From assembly GCA_965222155.1 (NCBI GenBank), contig CBDCTH010000012.1, positions 3,360,001-3,424,000 of the forward strand: a stretch of DNA of 64,000 nucleotides. Direction: 5' to 3'. The notes under the pieces were generated by a model. It made no database searches and was not told where the DNA came from. It saw only the letters and a program-made list of their open reading frames with translations. Both the position numbers and the translations under genes were made by a program. Every line of letters starts with the position of its first letter. The stretch's first letter is position 1. The stretch comes from Gammaproteobacteria bacterium (GTDB taxonomy: Bacteria > Pseudomonadota > Gammaproteobacteria > Eutrophobiales > Eutrophobiaceae). This document shows, piece by piece, positions 51,181-60,945 of this stretch.

Positions 51181-51522
51181 ATGAGTACACTATTACCCGA
51201 AGGTTTTGCTGAGCTGGAAACATGGGCAAACGAATGGGCCTTGCCCACTCAGAACAGCCGCTGGGATAAACGACTTGCTTCAACCAGGGAGGAGTTGATC
51301 GCCTTCTACAATGCCGTCCTGCCCCACTTGGCGCGCATCCTGGACCACGTCGATCAATATCCTTTGGGGGAACTGTCCGAACGATCTGCAAGGCTGTTTG
51401 ACCTGGCGCTCATGCACGCTGAAATTGCGCCTAATGTCGAATTGTATGGCGGCGCCCCGGACGTGCCCCACAGCTATGAGGAAAAACGCTTCATTGCCGT
51501 GCAGGGAGATGACCGACACTAA
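51181..51522 (+). CDS. Small helical Rieske-associated protein (1)
   Basis: 113 aa, paralogous to 54486-54827; directly follows the alpha subunit. Confidence 0.8.
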   Translation: MSTLLPEGFAELETWANEWALPTQNSRWDKRLASTREELIAFYNAVLPHLARILDHVDQYPLGELSERSARLFDLALMHAEIAPNVELYGGAPDVPHSYEEKRFIAVQGDDRH

Positions 51523-51524
51523 TC

Positions 51525-51998
51525 ATGACTCAAGACCTTGAACAACAGGTCGCCTGGTTAACGGCGACCGAAAACGTCAGAACTGTCATAGCGAAATATG
51601 CTAGGGCAGGGGACGATCAAAACAACCCGGAGCAGATGCGCCAATTGTTAGCGGAAGACGCGATCTGGGAAGCGAAGGGATTTGGAAAATTCACCGGCAG
51701 GGACATCATTGCCGAAGAGTTGTCGAAAATCGCTCAGGAAATGATCATCTGGTCGTTGCACTTCCCGGTTTCCCCCATTATCGATATTGCGGATGATCTC
51801 AATTCCGCCCATGCCTTCTGGTGGTTATGGGAACTGACGACTATGCGCGGGGACGCGGACGAAGAGGAAAGCAACTGGCTGGCCGCCACCTACGAATGTG
51901 ATTTCATCCGCGCCGCGGATGGATGGAAGATCAAGCACCTGATACTGGAAGTGAAAAAAGTCGTCCCGTATCAAGATGTACCCAGTGAGATAGTGTGA
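51525..51998 (+). CDS. SnoaL/NTF2-like protein
   Basis: IAKYARAGD, AEDAIW and Y.CDF....GWKI motifs. Confidence 0.85.
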   Translation: MTQDLEQQVAWLTATENVRTVIAKYARAGDDQNNPEQMRQLLAEDAIWEAKGFGKFTGRDIIAEELSKIAQEMIIWSLHFPVSPIIDIADDLNSAHAFWWLWELTTMRGDADEEESNWLAATYECDFIRAADGWKIKHLILEVKKVVPYQDVPSEIV

Positions 51999-52094
51999 TG
52001 GGGTCAGGTCGCACATTGCACACGCTGCACATGTAACCGGGGTCAGGTCGCACATGCACTCAGCGTGTGCAATGTGCGACCTGACCCCATCACA
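51994..52094. repeat. 34-bp perfect inverted repeat with a third partial unit in the loop
   Basis: TGTGATGGGGTCAGGTCGCACATTGCACACGCTG (51994-52027) and its reverse complement (52061-52094). Confidence 0.85.
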
Positions 52095-52111
52095 GAGGAG
52101 ATAACACTGTA

Positions 52112-53239
52112 ATGACCGTTAAAGCCGACGAATACATCCGTATTGATCGTACCCGACAACTGGGTGAAGAACCCGAAACAGGACACAACCGCTGGCACCC
52201 GGATATCAAACCGGCCGCCGAGGTCGATCCGGGCCAGATTGTCGGCATGGAAACGCGGGATGCCTTTGACGGGCAATTGAACCCGGAAACCACGCCAGAA
52301 GAGGTGGCTGCCGCCAACCTGAACCTGGTGCATCCCCTGACCGGTCCCGTTTACGTCAACGGTGCGGAACCCGGCGATATCCTGGAGGTTAAAATCCATG
52401 AAGTGGTGCCGGAACCGTTCGCCTTCACCGTACAGATACCCGGTTTCGGCTTCCTGCGTGACCTTTTTTTGGAACCGTTTATCATCCATTGGGATATTGC
52501 AGACGGTTTCGCTGTTTCCGCGGACTTGCCCGGCGTGAAAATCCCGGGCGCGCCTTTCATGGGCGTCATGGGCCTGGCGCCATCCCATGAACTGCTGGAA
52601 GAGATCAATAAAAGGGAAGCCGACCTGCAGGCCCGCGGCGGCATGGTATTACTGCCCGATACGGCTGATGCCGTGCCCCGGGAACCGGGTATTGCCGCCA
52701 AAGCCGTGCGTACCGTTGCTCCCCATGAAACCGGCGGCAACGTGGATATCAAACAGTTGACCGCAGGCACCACGGTGAGGTTTCCCGTCTACACGCCGGG
52801 GGCCTTGTTCTCGGTAGGCGACTCCCATTTCGCCCAGGGGGACAATGAAAGCTGCGGCACCGCAGTGGAAATGAGCGCGACGTTTTATGGTTCTTTCAGC
52901 TTGTTGAAAGGGGAAGCGGCAAAACGCAATATAAAAGACATTCAGTTCTATCGCGATGATTACTTTACCTCGCCGGAGATGGCCGTCCCGCAACGATTTT
53001 TTGCGACTACCGGCCAATCCTGCCGCAAAGACGGCGTGGCGGAAGCGGAGGACACCACCCTGGCCGCGCGCAACGCCCTGCTCAACATGATTGAATACCT
53101 GGTCAGTGAACGGGGCTACAGCGAACAACAGGCTTACGCAATATGCAGTGTCGCGGTGGATCTGCGGATATCCGAAATGGTGGATGTCCCGAATTTTGTC
53201 GTCTCCGCCTTCCTGCCCCTGAATATCTTTACCGAGTAA
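52112..53239 (+). CDS. Acetamidase/formamidase-family protein
   Basis: HNRWHPDI, HPLTGP, GGNVD, GDSHFAQGD.E and VDVPN motifs. Confidence 0.93.
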   Translation: MTVKADEYIRIDRTRQLGEEPETGHNRWHPDIKPAAEVDPGQIVGMETRDAFDGQLNPETTPEEVAAANLNLVHPLTGPVYVNGAEPGDILEVKIHEVVPEPFAFTVQIPGFGFLRDLFLEPFIIHWDIADGFAVSADLPGVKIPGAPFMGVMGLAPSHELLEEINKREADLQARGGMVLLPDTADAVPREPGIAAKAVRTVAPHETGGNVDIKQLTAGTTVRFPVYTPGALFSVGDSHFAQGDNESCGTAVEMSATFYGSFSLLKGEAAKRNIKDIQFYRDDYFTSPEMAVPQRFFATTGQSCRKDGVAEAEDTTLAARNALLNMIEYLVSERGYSEQQAYAICSVAVDLRISEMVDVPNFVVSAFLPLNIFTE

Positions 53240-53244
53240 ACGAC

Positions 53245-54480
53245 ATGGCGGCAGCAGTCGATCAGATTAAACAGGCAATGCCATTCACTACCCGCTATCC
53301 TGAGTTGGGTACGGGTCCCGTCGATGTCAGGCCGTTGATTGACCCGGAATTATTCGAACTGGAACGGGAACGTATTTTCAAACAGGTCTGGTTATGCGTC
53401 GCCCGGGGCGAAGAACTTGCTGAGCCCGGTGACTACAAGCTGCGGCGCCTGGACGTGGCAAATACCTCCGTGATTATCGTCCGGGATAAGAATGGCGAAG
53501 TGCATGCATTCCACAACATCTGTAGCCATCGCGGCAACAAACTCATCCCGGAACAGGACGCGCAGTCATTGGGCCATGCACAGACGCATACCTTCACCTG
53601 CCGCTTTCATGCCTGGACCTTCAATACGGACGGTACCTTGCGCGGGGTCGCGCGCCAGGAGAGTTTCGCCAACCTGGATAAATCCTGCCTGGGACTGAAA
53701 CGTATACACTGCGCCGAGTGGGAAGGGTTTATCTTCATCAATCTTGCGGAACAGCCGCGCCAGAGCCTGGTTGATTACCTTGACGGCATGGCCGGGCATT
53801 TCTCCGGTTATCCGTATCACGAAGCGACCTATCGATTGCGTTATTCAACCGTACTGAATTGCAACTGGAAGGTAGCCCTGTATGCTTTTTCAGAGGCTTA
53901 TCATGTTCCGACCATACACGCAGGCACGTTTCCCAGCCTGGCAACGCTGGAGCATGCCGAGTTCCGTTGTTTCGGCCCTCACAGTTCATCCGCTTTGTAT
54001 GTGCCGCCGGTAGCGGGGATGCAACCAACGCCGGTGACGGCAAATCTCGGAGGGCGGTTGAGAACGTCAGGCCGGCACCGACCCCACCTTGAGTTATTGC
54101 CGGAAAATATCAATCCGGACAAGCGGGAAGACTTCCAGTTTGAGTTCCCCGTGTTTTTCCCCAATTTCGTTCTCCACCTGTGCGCCGGTAACGGTTATCC
54201 TGGCATGGCCTATTTTCACCATCAATTCTGGCCCATCGCGGTGGACAAAACCCTGTGGGAAGGCACGAACTATTTCAGGCCGCCTGAAACCGTCAGCGAA
54301 CGGGTTGCGATCGCCCACACCAATGCCCTGCACCGCAATGCCTGGCTGGAAGACACCTCGACCATGGAAGATACCTACCAGGCGCTGGCTTCCGGTGTCC
54401 TGGAGGAAATGCTATTGATGGATGAGGAACTGATGATCAGGAACACCCATAAACACTGGCACGATTACATGGGCGTTTAA
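53245..54480 (+). CDS. Rieske non-heme iron oxygenase alpha subunit (2)
   Basis: CSHRGN...CRFHAW; EAYHVPTIH; NAWLED; paralog of 49966-51171. Confidence 0.93.
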   Translation: MAAAVDQIKQAMPFTTRYPELGTGPVDVRPLIDPELFELERERIFKQVWLCVARGEELAEPGDYKLRRLDVANTSVIIVRDKNGEVHAFHNICSHRGNKLIPEQDAQSLGHAQTHTFTCRFHAWTFNTDGTLRGVARQESFANLDKSCLGLKRIHCAEWEGFIFINLAEQPRQSLVDYLDGMAGHFSGYPYHEATYRLRYSTVLNCNWKVALYAFSEAYHVPTIHAGTFPSLATLEHAEFRCFGPHSSSALYVPPVAGMQPTPVTANLGGRLRTSGRHRPHLELLPENINPDKREDFQFEFPVFFPNFVLHLCAGNGYPGMAYFHHQFWPIAVDKTLWEGTNYFRPPETVSERVAIAHTNALHRNAWLEDTSTMEDTYQALASGVLEEMLLMDEELMIRNTHKHWHDYMGV

Positions 54481-54485
54481 CCTGT

Positions 54486-54827
54486 ATGGCCCTGTTACAT
54501 GAACAATTTTCCCTGTTAGAACCCTTTGTTGAGCACTGGGCCTTCCCTACTGAGCTACAGCGCTCACAACAGCGCTGGAACGCCGGTCCGGATGATTACA
54601 GGCGATTTTATGAGGCTATGTTGCCGTTACTGGATCAGGTGCTGGAGTACCTGGACCGGTTCAAGCCGGGAGAAGTGCCGGCGCCGGCATTGCCGCTCTA
54701 TCACCTGGCGCTGGCCTTTGCCGAAGCAGCGCCTCATAACGAACTGTACGATTGCAGCAATACGGTCCCGAACAGTTTTGCCGCCCACCGTTTTGTGGCG
54801 GCTCACGGGGAAGTAATCGATCGCTAA
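54486..54827 (+). CDS. Small helical Rieske-associated protein (2)
   Basis: 113 aa, shares the WA.PT, FY.A.LP.L and LAL..AE.AP..ELY motifs with 51181-51522. Confidence 0.8.
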   Translation: MALLHEQFSLLEPFVEHWAFPTELQRSQQRWNAGPDDYRRFYEAMLPLLDQVLEYLDRFKPGEVPAPALPLYHLALAFAEAAPHNELYDCSNTVPNSFAAHRFVAAHGEVIDR

Positions 54828-54833
54828 AACACA

Positions 54834-55050
54834 ATTCCTGCGAAGCCTGCCCGTGCCTGCTGCAGGTAGGGGCAGGGATCCATAACAACACCAGCATCAA
54901 TTAGATTCCCGCTTGCGCGGGAATGGGGATCTGCGCATGAAACCCGGGGAACAAAACAACTTGGATTCCCGCGCGCGCAGGAATGGGACTATTACCATTC
55001 CTGCGAAAGTTTACCCCTGTATGCTGTTGAGCAGGGGCAGGAATCCAGTA
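54834..55050. repeat. Cluster of GATTCCCGC...GCGGGAAT REP-like palindromes
   Basis: Four units, two carrying CCCCTG...CAGGGG-type inserts. Confidence 0.7.
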
Positions 55051-55076
55051 GAAAAATATTCCTTATTTACGCGCGA

Positions 55077-55559
55077 TTACTCTTCAAAATTACTCTTAAT
55101 AGTGGAAAGGCCACCGTCGTAGATACCGTTGATGACTTCCATGGCCTCATCACCTGTTGCGCCCTCGGCAAGGAATGTGGATGACCAGTTAATCGTTGTG
55201 CCTTCAGCATCTCCTTCGGCCTGAAAAGTTGAAGAGTAATCCTTGACCGGCAACGGGCCTTCGATGATTGTATAGGAATACCCGTTAGCCATATCGCCGT
55301 CGTGCCTTTCCTTGAGTTGTGCCCCATCTCCCAGAGTGAGAATCCGGTATGTGTCACCGTCCTCTTCGGTTATTTCGCAGGTTTCAACTGCGGGATGCCA
55401 GGTTGCTATAGCGCAAAAATCTCCTGCATAGCCCCAGACATCGTCGAGACCGGCATTGATAGTCATGGATTTGTTGACCTCGAGGCTTGTCGGTTCTTCG
55501 GTACCACAACCCGATATGATCAATATCATTGATGCTAAAATGATCGTGAATTGTTTCAT
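55077..55559 (-). CDS. SRPBCC/polyketide cyclase-like lipoprotein
   Basis: Lipobox ISGC; WHPAV, R.LTLGDG and Y.I.EGPLPV.DY motifs. Confidence 0.85.
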   Translation of the reverse strand: MKQFTIILASMILIISGCGTEEPTSLEVNKSMTINAGLDDVWGYAGDFCAIATWHPAVETCEITEEDGDTYRILTLGDGAQLKERHDGDMANGYSYTIIEGPLPVKDYSSTFQAEGDAEGTTINWSSTFLAEGATGDEAMEVINGIYDGGLSTIKSNFEE

Positions 55560-55666
55560 GGCAAACTCCTTTAACGTTATGTTGTTGAGATAATTCCCCA
55601 GTGGCGGATTATAGGCCGGGAGAGGGGAGTATCATATAGGAATTTTCCCCGAATCCATAAGACAAA

Positions 55667-56950
55667 ATGGCATTGAATTTAAATAGACTCGATCTTGTTA
55701 CTGCCGCTAAGGGCATCGCCACAGGTGAATTCACCTCAGAGGAACTGGTGACAACCTGCCTTGAACGCATCCACGCAAGAGATGACCAGGTAAAGGCCTG
55801 GGCCTGGCTGGACTCGGAGCAAGCGCTGGCCCAGGCTGGCGCCTGTGATGAACGACCTGCAATAACACCTCTGCACGGAATACCCGTCGGTATAAAAGAC
55901 ATTATCAACACGGTGAATATGCCGACCTGTTACGGGTCACAGGTTTATGCCGGTCACTATCCCACTGAGGAGGCTGAGTGTATCCGCCTGCTGCAACAGG
56001 CCGGGGCGGTGATTTTGGGGAAGACAGTCACCACGGAATTTGCCTTTTATGCACCGGGCAACACCGCAAACCCCCATAACCTCGAGCATACGCCGGGGGG
56101 TTCGTCCAGCGGTTCCGCCGCCGCGGTGGCAGATTTTCATGTGCCGGTTGCCCTGGGCACGCAAACCTCGGGCTCAATTATTCGACCGGCGAGTTTTAAC
56201 GGTATCTTTGGTTATAAGCCGACCTATAATTCTTATTCGGTCTATGGTATCCACCCTTTGGCGCGGGAACTCGATACTCTGGGCGCGTTCGCCCGCTCTC
56301 CCGCGGATCTTTGCCTGCTGCACGGCGTGCTTTCAAAAAAGGCAATTCCGCTACCGGAAGCGACGCGGCCCAGCTCGGTTGCATTCGTCAGAACACCCGC
56401 TTGGGACGGCGCCGATACGCTGACGCAAAACAGCGTAGCCGACTTCGCCAGACGATTAAAACAGGCAGGCATTGAGGTCATTGAACCGGATGAGCGCCTG
56501 TTGTATGACCTGATGGAGGTTCAACAGGCGTATCTTGCCCGGGGCGCCAGCCAGTCACTGGGGCAGATTACGGATAGCCATCCTGACAAAGTCAAACCAC
56601 AAACCCGGGACCTGGTTGCAGAAGGCCGGAAGGTGGATGAGTCGTTCAACCCAAGACTGCAAGCTGCCCTGGCCAGGGGAGAGCGCTTCCTTTCCGAGGT
56701 ATTTTCCAAGGTGGACCTGATTATCACCCCCAGCGCGCCGGGAGAAGCGCCGGCGGGTCTGAGTAATACGGGTAACCCCATGTTTAACCGGATATGGACT
56801 TTTCTACAAACCCCCTGTATGAATATACCGCTGACAAAAGGCGAGAGCGGGTTGCCCATCGGCGTGCAGTTGGTCTGCAATAATCAGGAAGATGTACGAT
56901 TATTTGCCTATTGTGCGTACCTGCAAAATTTCGGGAATTGTAAAGAATAG
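55667..56950 (+). CDS. Amidase-signature family amidase
   Basis: GIPVGIKD, GKTVTTEF, PGGSSSGS and GTQTSGSIIRPAS motifs. Confidence 0.95.
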   Translation: MALNLNRLDLVTAAKGIATGEFTSEELVTTCLERIHARDDQVKAWAWLDSEQALAQAGACDERPAITPLHGIPVGIKDIINTVNMPTCYGSQVYAGHYPTEEAECIRLLQQAGAVILGKTVTTEFAFYAPGNTANPHNLEHTPGGSSSGSAAAVADFHVPVALGTQTSGSIIRPASFNGIFGYKPTYNSYSVYGIHPLARELDTLGAFARSPADLCLLHGVLSKKAIPLPEATRPSSVAFVRTPAWDGADTLTQNSVADFARRLKQAGIEVIEPDERLLYDLMEVQQAYLARGASQSLGQITDSHPDKVKPQTRDLVAEGRKVDESFNPRLQAALARGERFLSEVFSKVDLIITPSAPGEAPAGLSNTGNPMFNRIWTFLQTPCMNIPLTKGESGLPIGVQLVCNNQEDVRLFAYCAYLQNFGNCKE

Positions 56951-57070
56951 TTGACAGAAGACGCAACTACGCGACCGTGCGCGCTCATGGCGAAACAACG
57001 GATTCAGGAAGTACCGTTCCAGTCAGAAGATCCGGAACTCGCACCGGGCGCAACAGAATCTCTGTTTGTG

Positions 57071-57532
57071 TCACTGGCTCTGGTCAGGAATCATCGTGAA
57101 CTCGTTGATTTGGCTCGTGGATTGAGGCTTCATAGTGATATGGATGTGGCATTTGATCTGTGCGGTACGTCCAATCTCGAGCGGGCTTTTGGCCAGTGCG
57201 TGTACGATCAGCCGCCTCGGTATTCGTTGTCCACTGTTAGTCGTAATATGCTTCCGCATGGTCGTTCTGCAATAACTATCCGCACTAGAATTAGAAGGTG
57301 AGGGATCCTTGAACGCCCTTCCGCCCATTGTGGTCGTATCAAGGACATAACCCGGGTCAGCATTGATCACGCCCCGCTCGCTGCAAGACTTGCGTCCGGT
57401 CAGATCAGTTGCCTCGGTTGTACAACTTACCACCAACGATCTGGTCAATGTCCCTGCCTGCGCGCTAAGAGCGAACACGGCGCTCAGAGACATTATGCAC
57501 AGCATAACGAAGCATGTAGCGGCTTGTTTCAT
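57071..57532 (-). CDS. Hypothetical secreted protein
   Basis: Signal peptide ending AQA, several Cys, GGAGGA RBS. Confidence 0.5.
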   Translation of the reverse strand: MKQAATCFVMLCIMSLSAVFALSAQAGTLTRSLVVSCTTEATDLTGRKSCSERGVINADPGYVLDTTTMGGRAFKDPSPSNSSADSYCRTTMRKHITTNSGQRIPRRLIVHALAKSPLEIGRTAQIKCHIHITMKPQSTSQINEFTMIPDQSQ

Positions 57533-57877
57533 CAGTACCATCCTCCGGTCGCAATAAACTTCACAGTCATTCCCGTGGAATAACCACCCATCCAGTATAG
57601 CACAGAGCGTGGTCTCTCATTTGACTTCCTCTTGACTATGCCAATCGATACTTGATTGTACCCTCCCGGTAGAGGAAGTCAGGGGCTTGTATGGGTTCAC
57701 CAGGCCAAATTGTAAGGTGGGCGCGCGGGGCGCGCCTGCTTTACAACATGTCAGAGGCTGTTCTGGAAACATTTTTGATCCAAGGGCAGGCATAGGAGGA
57801 GCCTTGTTGCATTGGATTCTGGTATTCATCAGAATGACGCTAAAATACGCAAGTAAAAATTTTAACGGAGTGTGGAG

Positions 57878-59221
57878 ATGACAACCTTGACAACTAAAGA
57901 CGTTCCGCTGAGCCAAGCGCAGAAGCAGTGGTATGAAGCGGCCCGTGATAAAATTGACCTGGAGCGCCTGAAGCAACTGATCTTTGATTTGACTGCCAAA
58001 CACAGTCCAACTGGCGCCGAGCGGGAGGCTTGTGAATTCATGGCCGATTACCTGAACAGTGTAGGTATCAAGGCGCATTATCAACCTATCACGGATATTT
58101 CAGGTAACTGTTACGGCCGGGTAAAGGGATCAGGAGACGGCCCTACGCTGATGCTGTATGCGCCCATCGATACCCTGCTGGAAGGGGATCCGGAAAAAGA
58201 TACTCCCCATGCCGGTCCGCTACACCGGGCCGATATGCGGCCTGAGCCTTATATCGACGGCGACTTGGTTATCGGCCTGGGCGCTTCCAATCCTAAATCC
58301 ATGATTGCCCTGTTAACTGAGGCATTGACCTGCGTGGTAGAAGCGGCGGTGGACTTGAAGGGTGATGTGATCATCGCCACGGCAGGCGGAGGCATGCCCT
58401 GGATAGTGCCGGAGCGAAACCATGCCGGCATCAGTAACGGCGTGAACCACCTGCTTTCCCACGGTGTGACCGCGGATTTCGGTGTGATCTGTAAACCCTG
58501 GGATGATATTTACTATGAACATCCGGGCATGGTCTGGTTCAAGGTCACCGTCTGGGGAACCATGGGCTATGCCGGCATTCCGCGCGGGGTGCCGGGCTTT
58601 CGCAGTTCAATCATTCCCGCGGCAAAAGTCATCCTGGATCTGGAGGAATGGCTGGAGGAGTATCCGGACAAACATACCAGCGACCAGGTGAAACCGCAGG
58701 GCTGGATCTCCGCGTTACGTTGCGGCTGGCCGGATAAACCGGCATTTCCCGGCGCCGCGACCGAGCTCTGGCTTGACGTGCGCACCAGTCCCCTGCAGAA
58801 GGCGGCCCAGGTTGAACGGGAATTTGACCAGGTCATGAAGACCATACTGGACAGGCATGACGATGTGGAGGCGGAATGGGAAACTATCGTGACCTGTGAT
58901 GCGTCAGCAACCGATCCGGAGCACTGGGTGGTGCAGTCAGCGTTGCGCGCCTGGAGAGAAGTGCACGGCAAACCCTACCCCGGCGCTCCGCACATGGCAG
59001 GACAGACCGACGCTGCAACCATAAACCGCACCGGTTTTCCCCTGGTGCGCATCGGCTATACCTGGCTGGGCGAGAAGGAGATGCCGGAAGAGTTTACCGA
59101 AGGTCTGGGCGGCATGGGAGTTGCCTGTGTACCCGATTTGGAGAACTCCATCAAGGAAGCGATATATACTGTCATTGATTCCTGCACCCGTACCCGGGAA
59201 GAAGTCGGGTTGACGGATTAA
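57878..59221 (+). CDS. M20/ArgE-like deacylase fold lacking the canonical metal ligands
   Basis: HSPTG.E, G.G.GP.LML and GLGA..PK scaffold; YAPIDT, SNPK and GGGMP in place of H.D, DMK and EE. Confidence 0.75.
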   Translation: MTTLTTKDVPLSQAQKQWYEAARDKIDLERLKQLIFDLTAKHSPTGAEREACEFMADYLNSVGIKAHYQPITDISGNCYGRVKGSGDGPTLMLYAPIDTLLEGDPEKDTPHAGPLHRADMRPEPYIDGDLVIGLGASNPKSMIALLTEALTCVVEAAVDLKGDVIIATAGGGMPWIVPERNHAGISNGVNHLLSHGVTADFGVICKPWDDIYYEHPGMVWFKVTVWGTMGYAGIPRGVPGFRSSIIPAAKVILDLEEWLEEYPDKHTSDQVKPQGWISALRCGWPDKPAFPGAATELWLDVRTSPLQKAAQVEREFDQVMKTILDRHDDVEAEWETIVTCDASATDPEHWVVQSALRAWREVHGKPYPGAPHMAGQTDAATINRTGFPLVRIGYTWLGEKEMPEEFTEGLGGMGVACVPDLENSIKEAIYTVIDSCTRTREEVGLTD

Positions 59222-59227
59222 TAACTT

Positions 59228-59285
59228 AGCCCGGATTTCTCACAAGGTGAAGCGAGGACGCTTCACCTTGTGAGAAATCCGGGCT
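59228..59285. repeat. 27-bp perfect hairpin formed from joined MITE ends (possible terminator)
   Basis: AGCCCGGATTTCTCACAAGGTGAAGCG-agga-reverse complement; same ends as 5620-5922. Confidence 0.75.
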
Positions 59286-59304
59286 GGAACATGGGAGATT
59301 GATT

Positions 59305-59742
59305 ATGCCATTATCTGATCTGCATCATGTGGCGTTGAAAACACAGGATCTTGCAGCCAGCGAACAGTTCTATGTTGAAGTGCTCGGTATGGAAAAAGTG
59401 GGCCGGCCGGACTTTGATTTCCCCGGTGCCTGGTTACAGATGGGGCAGACCATGTTTCACCTGATGGCCGGGTACGCGGCTCAGGGCCCGAACGGAGAGA
59501 CTTACCGCGGCAGCGGGGCCGTCGATCACCTGGCGATCAAGGCGCAGGGTTTTGATGCGCTGCGCGAAAAATTTGAGAACTCAGGCGTCAGTTACAAGGA
59601 AAACGACATACGGGATTTCGGTATCTGGCAACTGTTCGTAAATGACCCGGATGGTGTCATCATCGAATTGAATTTTCACTGTGCCGACGAACCTGCAGGG
59701 TCCCGTGGACCAGGGCGAGCCACACTGAGCAAGACCACTTGA
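59305..59742 (+). CDS. VOC/glyoxalase-family protein
   Basis: LHHVAL, RPDFDFPGAWL, DHLA and DPDG..IEL motifs. Confidence 0.9.
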   Translation: MPLSDLHHVALKTQDLAASEQFYVEVLGMEKVGRPDFDFPGAWLQMGQTMFHLMAGYAAQGPNGETYRGSGAVDHLAIKAQGFDALREKFENSGVSYKENDIRDFGIWQLFVNDPDGVIIELNFHCADEPAGSRGPGRATLSKTT

Positions 59743-59780
59743 AAGAAAAAGGGGACAGATTTCAAATCTGTCCCCGGTTC

Positions 59781-60098
59781 TCATTCTTCAATTATTATAT
59801 AGATATACCCGTCTTCCCCCAGCCGGGTTTCGTACCTGTCCAGCGCCACAACGCAAGGAGGTTCGACGGGTTCTCCCGTCCTGATATCGAAGGTGCCTTC
59901 GTGATACGGGCAGACGATCTCGTTTCCCCTGACATCGCCATCGGACAGGAACGCCTGACCGTGGGTACACACATCGCTCGTGGCATAATATTCCCCTGCA
60001 AGGTTGTAGAGGGCAACCGCAGTGTCATCTTCCAGGTAGAATTGCCTAACGGAGTCGGTCTCCAGCTCGGCATGCATTATGGTTTTTACTTCAGCCAT
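59781..60098 (-). CDS. Rieske-type ferredoxin of a ring-hydroxylating oxygenase
   Basis: CTHG...LSDG...CPYH.G.FDIRTG motif. Confidence 0.93.
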   Translation of the reverse strand: MAEVKTIMHAELETDSVRQFYLEDDTAVALYNLAGEYYATSDVCTHGQAFLSDGDVRGNEIVCPYHEGTFDIRTGEPVEPPCVVALDRYETRLGEDGYIYIIIEE

Positions 60099-60238
60099 AT
60101 CAGTTTGAGGAATCGGAGATTTTTCATTATACAGCCGTCTTGATTACTCACTATATACTTAAATTCATTTGTGTTTACGCAGTCCAGTATAATACCTTAT
60201 CGAATAGTTCTGGAATCAGGATATCGGATTACTGAGAC

Positions 60239-60682
60239 ATGATTATTGAAGGTGAATATCAGCTGCCCTGCAAGGTTGCGGAAGCATGGCGGGCCTTGAA
60301 CGATCCTGAGACCCTGAAACTCTGCATTACAGGCTGTGAAAGTATCGAATTAACAGAGGAAAACAGGTATGAATGCCTGATAACTGCAAAGTATGGGCCG
60401 GTGAAAACCCGCTTCAAAACCGTCCTGAACGTGACCAATATCAATGAACCCTATTCGTATACGCTGACAGGCGAAGGAAAAGGCGGTGTTGCCGGTTTCG
60501 GCAAGGGTAAGGCAGACGTCCAACTGAGCCCGGACGGTGATGACACGCGGCTTTGTTACCAGGCGGAATTGTCCGTAGGGGGTAAGCTGGCACAGGTAGG
60601 TTCCAGGCTGATTGCCGCCACAACCAGGAAGCTGGCAAATGATTTCTTCTCCCGTTTCTCCGCAGAACTCACTGACAAATGA
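60239..60682 (+). CDS. CoxG-like SRPBCC protein
   Basis: W.ALNDPE.L..CI.GC and VGGKLAQVGSRLI motifs. Confidence 0.9.
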   Translation: MIIEGEYQLPCKVAEAWRALNDPETLKLCITGCESIELTEENRYECLITAKYGPVKTRFKTVLNVTNINEPYSYTLTGEGKGGVAGFGKGKADVQLSPDGDDTRLCYQAELSVGGKLAQVGSRLIAATTRKLANDFFSRFSAELTDK

Positions 60683-60697
60683 CAGCAAACGAATTAG

Positions 60698-60857
60698 TTA
60701 GGAAAACTCTGAACAAGTCCATCCTGAACTTGTTCAGAGTACGCAAAACAACAAGTGCGAATTTTGTTTTGCTCCCAAAATCAATGACATATAGTCATTG
60801 ATTTTGACGGTACATCCCTGTACCGTAGGAACCTCTGACTTAATCAGAGGTTTCTTA
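60698..60857. repeat. Small palindromic MITE-like element with IS5-like ends
   Basis: ACTCTGAACAAG..CTTGTTCAGAGT, ACGGTACA..TGTACCGT and AACCTCTGA..TCAGAGGTT hairpins. Confidence 0.5.
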
Positions 60858-60945
60858 GTATTGAGTTTAAATTAACTTTCTATTTAAATTCAATGACGAT
60901 GTTATACTCCAACGTAGTTAATCAAGCAATTGACGAGGTTTCGGT

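Noticed and set aside
53143-53244. N-terminal extension of the second Rieske protein
   Set aside because: It overlaps the formamidase; the ATG at 53245 fits the length of its paralog
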